This document shows positions 32,841 to 38,007 of a stretch of 38,007 nt of DNA, piece after piece (the first letter of the stretch is position 1; each line of letters starts with the position of its first letter). The position numbers and the translations under genes were made by a program. This DNA is from a virus. Its lineage: Duplodnaviria > Caudoviricetes. The notes under the pieces were generated by a model, which worked only from the letters and a program-made list of their open reading frames with translations, made no database searches and was not told the origin of the DNA. Location: the IMG/VR virus record IMGVR_UViG_3300040942_000041, positions 1-38,007 of that record; one strand, written 5' to 3'.

Positions 32841-34493
32841 TTAGTTATTCCCCATGTCGAAGCACGTTTCCTTTACTAGCATTCCGTTCTGGTCGAAGCC
32901 ACCGAAGCCTTGTTTGTGGTGAACTGTGCAAACCAGTCCAGCCTTGGGTCTGCAATCGCAACCCATCGGCCTCTGTTTTATCACGACGACCTCACGCTTT
33001 TGTCTGTTCAAGTCGTTCATGGGGTGCATCGCTTCTGAGAACCCACACCGTCCACAACTCCCTGAGTCTGTGTAGAACCTGCGCCCTGACTTGGGGTCTT
33101 CGTCTTCTATCTTCATATCTTGGTAGAAGTGCGTCTCTGGCCCGTCCTCTTTGTGGTTGCCAACTGCTCTGCTCTGGCCACAATCTTGGCAGTAGTCGCT
33201 CCCACCTAGTTTCTTGAACTCATGAGCCAAGTGGAGAACGCTGAAACTGGACTTCGTTCCGCACATACACTGAATGGTCGGGTAATTGAAGTCCCGCGTG
33301 AAGGGGTGTCTTTTGTCCCATTTGTCGTATTGGTCTTCTAGTTGGTCTTGTGTTTGCTCTGCGGCTCGGTTCCGATTCAGTTCTTGAAGAATTTTGTGGT
33401 AGGGTAGGCTCATCATGCACACATCGCAAGTTGCCATTCCTGAATCATCCTTCGTGCCAGATGGAACGAATGAGTGGTCTGATGGGTCGCTGTAAGTGTC
33501 GAAGTCTAAGGGTCGGCCCTTCTTGTCCACCATTGCTCTCATCTTTGCGTCCCAATGCGCCCCGTTTGCGATTGCCTTGTTGTAGTTCTGGGAAGAGAAC
33601 CCTTTGACTCTTCCGCATTCCGATGGCATCACGCCCTGACCCTGTTGTAGTTCCCATGCCTCTGCGTTTTGAACTCCACCACCTAAGTCCCAAATGTCTG
33701 CGTCTGAGAAGACCTTGCGGTAGGTTCCGTTGCCAGCGTCTTGATAATAGGACGTTATCTGAGTCTGGCTCTTCACTTTCCACACATGGGCCTTAGTCTT
33801 GTAGGTCGTGCCTTTACCGTAGGCGATTGAACCGTAAGGCATCTCATCGAACTTGATTCCAAGTTTCTTGGCTTGCGCTTCGTCTAGCCATGCCTTGTCT
33901 GAAGAGACCACGATAATATCCCCGTCCTTGGTCTTCGAGATTCCAAGTGCTGACTCTGCCATCGCAACCCATTCGTCTGTCACGAAGTTGTAGAAGATAA
34001 GATTGGCCCATCCTGTGATGTCCATCTCCTTGACCTTCTCGGTGAACTTCTTGGCTCTCTTCTCTAGGTTGCTCTCGTTGATGTCGGCCCAGATGTGAAT
34101 GAAAACTTCGCTGTCAATCTCAGTCGTCATAATGTGCTTGTCTCTCAACATAAGTCTGGCATTCGTATCTTGAACGCATCCATTGTGAACCAGAAGCCAG
34201 TTGCCGCTTTTCAAGTCCTGTCTGTCTCGGCAGATGAACGGATGAGTCCCTTCGCCCTTCGTTGCCTTGCGGAAGTGAATGAGCATCCTATCATAACTGC
34301 GCTCAAGTCGAGCCATGTCGTGGCTCTTCATGATTCGAGCCAAGTGCTTCTCTTCTCCCGTCTTCACCTTTGGGTAGTCTCGCCAGTAGCACCCAACGCC
34401 ATCGTCATTCGTTCCGGCCCACGCTGACTTGAATGCCAACTCGAAACTCTGAAGAGCCTTGTCGTTCCCAATTACTAATGCCATTCTACAGAT
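32841..34493 (-). CDS. Class II (Ntn) glutamine amidotransferase with C-terminal His/Cys repeats
   Basis: NDDGVG, IHFRKAT, THPF, LVHNG, IDSE; in-frame ATC-TGT-AGA before ATG 34484 supplies the N-terminal catalytic Cys. Confidence 0.85.
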   Translation of the reverse strand: MCRMALVIGNDKALQSFELAFKSAWAGTNDDGVGCYWRDYPKVKTGEEKHLARIMKSHDMARLERSYDRMLIHFRKATKGEGTHPFICRDRQDLKSGNWLLVHNGCVQDTNARLMLRDKHIMTTEIDSEVFIHIWADINESNLEKRAKKFTEKVKEMDITGWANLIFYNFVTDEWVAMAESALGISKTKDGDIIVVSSDKAWLDEAQAKKLGIKFDEMPYGSIAYGKGTTYKTKAHVWKVKSQTQITSYYQDAGNGTYRKVFSDADIWDLGGGVQNAEAWELQQGQGVMPSECGRVKGFSSQNYNKAIANGAHWDAKMRAMVDKKGRPLDFDTYSDPSDHSFVPSGTKDDSGMATCDVCMMSLPYHKILQELNRNRAAEQTQDQLEDQYDKWDKRHPFTRDFNYPTIQCMCGTKSSFSVLHLAHEFKKLGGSDYCQDCGQSRAVGNHKEDGPETHFYQDMKIEDEDPKSGRRFYTDSGSCGRCGFSEAMHPMNDLNRQKREVVVIKQRPMGCDCRPKAGLVCTVHHKQGFGGFDQNGMLVKETCFDMGNN

Positions 34494-34507
34494 GGTTCTC
34501 TACCTCT

Positions 34508-36088
34508 CTATCCGTTGATTATCATCGCGTGAGAAGACGCATCGTAGAAGACCTTGAGTTCTGCCAAGGCTTTCGTGACTCGCTCGTTGGTGATTCCTAA
34601 TAGGGCCGCGACCTTCGAGACCCAATCCTCTTCACTTACAGATTCAATCTCAGCCAGTGCGATTATCTTGTGCAGTTGTTTCGCTACGGGCGAAGTCTCG
34701 CTGACTAACTTCTCGGTGGTCTGCTGTGCTGGCTCTCGTTGCCTCACTGGATTCTCAATCAAATGCTTCACGCAATCCCTTTCAAACTCACTGAGGAAGG
34801 GGGCCAGTTCTCTTAGAAGTCTGATTGAATGCTCTCTCATGAATGCTTCGTCTTCTGGGGTGATTCCACTTCGAGCCTCTATCTTCTCGATAACGGCCTT
34901 GACTCGCTCCCATTGCTCCTTGTTGGTCTCTACGCTGATGAGTCCGAAGTTGCTCAGTTGTGCGCTCCTGAGAATCAATCCCTTAGTCAACGACCTTGCG
35001 CTCAAAATTTGCTCCATGTCGAATGTCGAGTCGGGTGTCCGAACCTCAATGTCGAATGCGTCCATCAGTGGCCTTGCGATTGGTGTGTCAACGAAAAAGA
35101 GTCCTGCTCTTGCCGTGTTATTGTTATGCTCGTTGAGTCCATTGGCCCATCCTGCCGAGAATGGGGAGCGTTTGTAATAGTGGAAGTGAGCGTAGAACTG
35201 TCCGTCATGTTGTGAGTTGCGAATGAATCCAGTTTGTGGGCTATAGTTGCCGAAGAGATTCACGATTGCGGGGTAGTAGAACCTGTAGAGTTGCCATAAG
35301 TTCTTGGCGATAACGCTCGGAATCCTCTCGATATTGTGAACTAACATAGCGTGAACGTGAAGACTGTTATGCTGACTTGGCACGAAGTATCGCTTAAGTT
35401 TTTGCAACGGGAACCGCTTTACGAACTCTTCGCTAGTGATATTGCTACCGTAGATAATGAACTCCCATCCTTCCACTGAAGCGTCCTTTTCAATGCTTCG
35501 GATAAGATTCTCTGGAAGGTGGTTCCAACATTCTGAACTCCCGCAACAAGGGCAATCGGGTAGTTTGTGGTAGGGAGTTGGGGCCAGTCCGTAATACTCT
35601 GCAATCTCGCGCTCTGAAGGTGGACGTGTCCGATTCTTGAAGTCATATTCACATTCGAGACCGAGAACTAGGTTCTTGTTAAAGTAGGCTGTGAAGTCTT
35701 CCTTAGTCGCTTCCTTAGTCCTGAAACGCCAAGTCGGTTTCAGTGCGGCCTTCTTATGACCGATTCCCACAACCATTTCCTCTGAGTCGTCTACCTTCTC
35801 GGTGACTCCTTGTTTCACGCGAATGGTGGCCCAAACCTTCGAGTCTACTAGGCTCTTGTAGGCGTAGAAGATTCCTGCTTGGTCTGCACCGCATTCGTAA
35901 AGTCTACGGCAGACTGGCTCGTTGGCTAGTGTCGAATGAATGTGATGGTCGGGGTCTTCGTTTGAAGTGTGGGTCTCTGCCAACTCTCCGCAATAGGGAC
36001 AATGGATTTCGTTTGTCGGATGCGGCACTAAGTCCGTGAACTTAATGGGGTCTTCGTCTAGCGTCAACGTCTCATTAGGGAAGGGCAT
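34508..36088 (-). CDS. Putative amidoligase (glutamine-synthetase-like COOH-NH2 ligase)
   Basis: LGLECEY, KDASV.GWEF, SLHVH, IEVR; context with GATase and ATP-grasp. Confidence 0.78.
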   Translation of the reverse strand: MPFPNETLTLDEDPIKFTDLVPHPTNEIHCPYCGELAETHTSNEDPDHHIHSTLANEPVCRRLYECGADQAGIFYAYKSLVDSKVWATIRVKQGVTEKVDDSEEMVVGIGHKKAALKPTWRFRTKEATKEDFTAYFNKNLVLGLECEYDFKNRTRPPSEREIAEYYGLAPTPYHKLPDCPCCGSSECWNHLPENLIRSIEKDASVEGWEFIIYGSNITSEEFVKRFPLQKLKRYFVPSQHNSLHVHAMLVHNIERIPSVIAKNLWQLYRFYYPAIVNLFGNYSPQTGFIRNSQHDGQFYAHFHYYKRSPFSAGWANGLNEHNNNTARAGLFFVDTPIARPLMDAFDIEVRTPDSTFDMEQILSARSLTKGLILRSAQLSNFGLISVETNKEQWERVKAVIEKIEARSGITPEDEAFMREHSIRLLRELAPFLSEFERDCVKHLIENPVRQREPAQQTTEKLVSETSPVAKQLHKIIALAEIESVSEEDWVSKVAALLGITNERVTKALAELKVFYDASSHAMIING

Positions 36089-36382
36089 CTATTCATTCCA
36101 CCTGTCTGAATCTTCGTCTCGGTCTTGGCTGTCTTCAAGGGTATCTCTGTCTTGGTCTTCAATCCTTCGGACTCCGAGAACGCCTTGTGAAACCGTGTCC
36201 TTTTTCAAGAACTCGATGAGGCGATTTCGGCTCACAGCAATCGAGACCACGAACTCTTTACCTTCGTTCTCCTTGAGTTTCAAGGGCATCTCTTCGGTCA
36301 CTTGAACGCTCTTCCTGACTCTCTTTCGGAATGCGTTTACCAATTCGCTGTCTTCTCCACCCTTGCGATTTTGTCGTGCCAT
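36089..36382 (-). CDS. Small charged hypothetical protein
   Basis: Abuts both neighbours. Confidence 0.65.
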   Translation of the reverse strand: MARQNRKGGEDSELVNAFRKRVRKSVQVTEEMPLKLKENEGKEFVVSIAVSRNRLIEFLKKDTVSQGVLGVRRIEDQDRDTLEDSQDRDEDSDRWNE

Positions 36383-36576
36383 TAAGCGACCCCACCACTT
36401 GAGGGGATATAGGTTAGGTGATTGTCTTCTGTTAACAGAAGGTCAACATCGGTTGACAAGTCTGGACTAGATTCTAGTTCCAAAAGTTCTTCAATCGGCT
36501 TTGGCGTGTGGTAAGGGAAAATCAAGGCCATCAGAACTTCAGTGAAGTTGCTCGGAACCTTGAGCGTGTCTGTCAA
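36382..36576 (-). CDS. 64-aa protein ending ...LTEDNHLTYIPSSGG-VA (possible ubiquitin-like/ThiS-MoaD fold)
   Basis: TTG start one base after the amidoligase stop; C-terminus resembles the L.xGD.V..IP...GG tail; fold call speculative. Confidence 0.4.
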   Translation of the reverse strand: MTDTLKVPSNFTEVLMALIFPYHTPKPIEELLELESSPDLSTDVDLLLTEDNHLTYIPSSGGVA

Positions 36577-36577
36577 T

Positions 36578-37747
36578 CTAGTCCTCTCCGTAGTATCCTG
36601 CATGATTCGGATGCCTCTTCCGAATTGGATTCAGAACGCAACGCTTCACGCACTGTCTCTCGTAAGGCGTGAGTAGGTCTCTCATGTCTTTGTAGAACTC
36701 CTTAGCCATTGCTCTCATCTTGGCTCCCTGTCTCTGTTCAAGTTTCAAGTCCAAGTCCGAGAAAAGTCCAGAACTGTTCGAGCGATTGATGTCCCTTATT
36801 ATTGGCTCGATTTCCGTCCACCTGTCTTCAGGAATGTTGATAACGCCCTTCGTTGCCAGTTGTGCGCTTTTCAGAACTAATGCCTTGCTCAGTGACCTTG
36901 CGGCCACGATTTGCTCTGGGTCTTGGCTTGCGTCTGTCTGTCGAATCTCAACGTCAAAATGATTGAAGACCTTCTTATCTTCGTCTACATAGCATGAAGC
37001 AAAGGTTAGACCATGCTTGTATCGTCTGGCTATTGTCGGTGTGCTTTCTTTGTCAATGTTTTCATTGCCGCTATTCCACCAATAATCGAAGTCGCTTGCG
37101 TCCTCATCATAGTCGTGCCAAGTTGCCCAATTACCCCTTATGATGCTTCCCTTCCGATTGCCGAATATGTAGGCCCATGCAGGGTAGTAGACTCTGAAGA
37201 GTTGCCACATATTCTGACCGATTGAAACTGGAATCTTCTCATTGTGGCTTGGAATCAGAACGTGGCTGTGCATCGAATCCATATAGCATGGCTCGAAGTA
37301 TTTTCTGATGTTCGCCAGTGGGAGACGCTTTACGAACTCTTCGCTTGGGATTGGAGACCCGATAACAATGAACTCTCTTCCCTTAATCGTGCAGTCAGCC
37401 TTCACAATTCTAATGGTCTTCGGTGGGTCGCACTTCCAGCATCCTGAATCTCCGCACACTGGACAAGACGCAAAGTCACCTTCACTAACCCCGACCTCTT
37501 CTCTTGCTACAGAGTCGAATGTGTTATGCCTCTGTTCTCTGCCGAACTCGTCCTTAGTTATTGTCTCTACGCCTTCCTTGAAGTTATACTCTAACTCAAG
37601 TGAGACCAGAAGTTTCTGTTCCAAGTAGGGAGTCCAATCCGTCTCAGTCCGTTGCTTTGGGTCAACCGTCCACTTGGCCCCAAGTCTGTGAACTGTAGGG
37701 GTTGCTGGCTCTGTCTCAGTCATGAAGTCGTCTAAGGTCGGGGTCAT
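36578..37747 (-). CDS. Putative amidoligase, paralog of 34508-36088
   Basis: VSLELEY, ADCTI.GREF, SMHSH, VEIR; shared SEEFVKR.P, NxWQLxRxYYPA, EQI..ARSL.K; ATGA-coupled start 37747 (TTG 37801 alternative). Confidence 0.78.
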   Translation of the reverse strand: MTPTLDDFMTETEPATPTVHRLGAKWTVDPKQRTETDWTPYLEQKLLVSLELEYNFKEGVETITKDEFGREQRHNTFDSVAREEVGVSEGDFASCPVCGDSGCWKCDPPKTIRIVKADCTIKGREFIVIGSPIPSEEFVKRLPLANIRKYFEPCYMDSMHSHVLIPSHNEKIPVSIGQNMWQLFRVYYPAWAYIFGNRKGSIIRGNWATWHDYDEDASDFDYWWNSGNENIDKESTPTIARRYKHGLTFASCYVDEDKKVFNHFDVEIRQTDASQDPEQIVAARSLSKALVLKSAQLATKGVINIPEDRWTEIEPIIRDINRSNSSGLFSDLDLKLEQRQGAKMRAMAKEFYKDMRDLLTPYERQCVKRCVLNPIRKRHPNHAGYYGED

Positions 37748-38007
37748 GCTTTGGGCCTCTGTTCCCACGCTATACGCTTCTGTTCCCAAGTCATTCGCCA
37801 ATTTTCAAGTAGGTCTTGGAGCGTTCTCGCTTCGTGTCCTTGGATTTGCCATCCTGCTATACATCCCATTAGAGACCTGAGACCCGAATCGTTCTCTAAC
37901 CATGCTTGGAATAGTTGGCGTAGTTCCTTTTTACACGAAGGGCATAAGGCCATTGAATCGCCTAAGTAGATGTCTGGGGTATCAACGTCCAAGGCAGACC
38001 GTTTAAG
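37744..38007 (-). CDS. Hypothetical protein, probably 5'-truncated by the window edge
   Basis: Frame open to 38007; LCPSC motif; stop overlaps ATG 37747. Confidence 0.55.
   Translation of the reverse strand, partial: LKRSALDVDTPDIYLGDSMALCPSCKKELRQLFQAWLENDSGLRSLMGCIAGWQIQGHEARTLQDLLENWRMTWEQKRIAWEQRPKA

Larger units (their letters stand above)
1..38007. mobile_element. Fragment of an archaeal tailed virus (or provirus) genome
   Basis: Portal-like gene, own replication module, homing endonucleases, dozens of tiny overlapping ORFs, archaeal TATA boxes ~22-25 nt before ATGs, no cellular housekeeping operons. Confidence 0.9.

Noticed and set aside
37758-37790. Direct repeat TCTGTTCCCA x2
   Set aside because: Two 10-nt copies inside coding sequence; compatible with chance or a tiny coding duplication
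291-37969. Numerous antisense or alternate-frame ORFs in the track (e.g. 3024-3632, 9214-10026, 31823-32584, 34554-35177)
   Set aside because: Shadows of well-supported genes on the opposite strand, with no motifs or coupling signals

Overview
Gene-dense fragment of what is most likely an archaeal tailed virus (Caudoviricetes-type: portal protein, archaeal TATA-box promoters with apparently leaderless starts, PriX-like and RadA-like genes suggesting a TACK/Nitrososphaerota-like host; host is inference). Left part (1-8.9 kb): near-complete replisome (PolB, PriX-like, RadA/RadB-like ATPase, MCM-like AAA+ ATPase, AEP primase, RPA) around a ~260-nt highly structured intergenic element. Middle (8.9-18 kb): portal, membrane proteins and two large acidic modular proteins (one ending in a JAB/MPN+ domain, one carrying an FtsK/HerA-type ATPase) that share three Cys/His modules. 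Right part (18-38 kb, all minus strand): a long translationally coupled run of small genes, many under 60 aa and missing from the ORF track, including RNase HI, nucleotidyltransferase, mini-ART, GNAT, a protein carrying a copy of the portal N-terminal motif and a prohead-protease-like fragment, ending in a peptide-ligation cluster (2 amidoligases, class II glutamine amidotransferase with an apparent ATC start, ATP-grasp ligase, possible ubiquitin-like protein). Three free-standing homing endonucleases. No tRNA, rRNA, CRISPR array, terminase or major capsid gene was recognised. All family calls come from motif recognition by eye, not from database searches.
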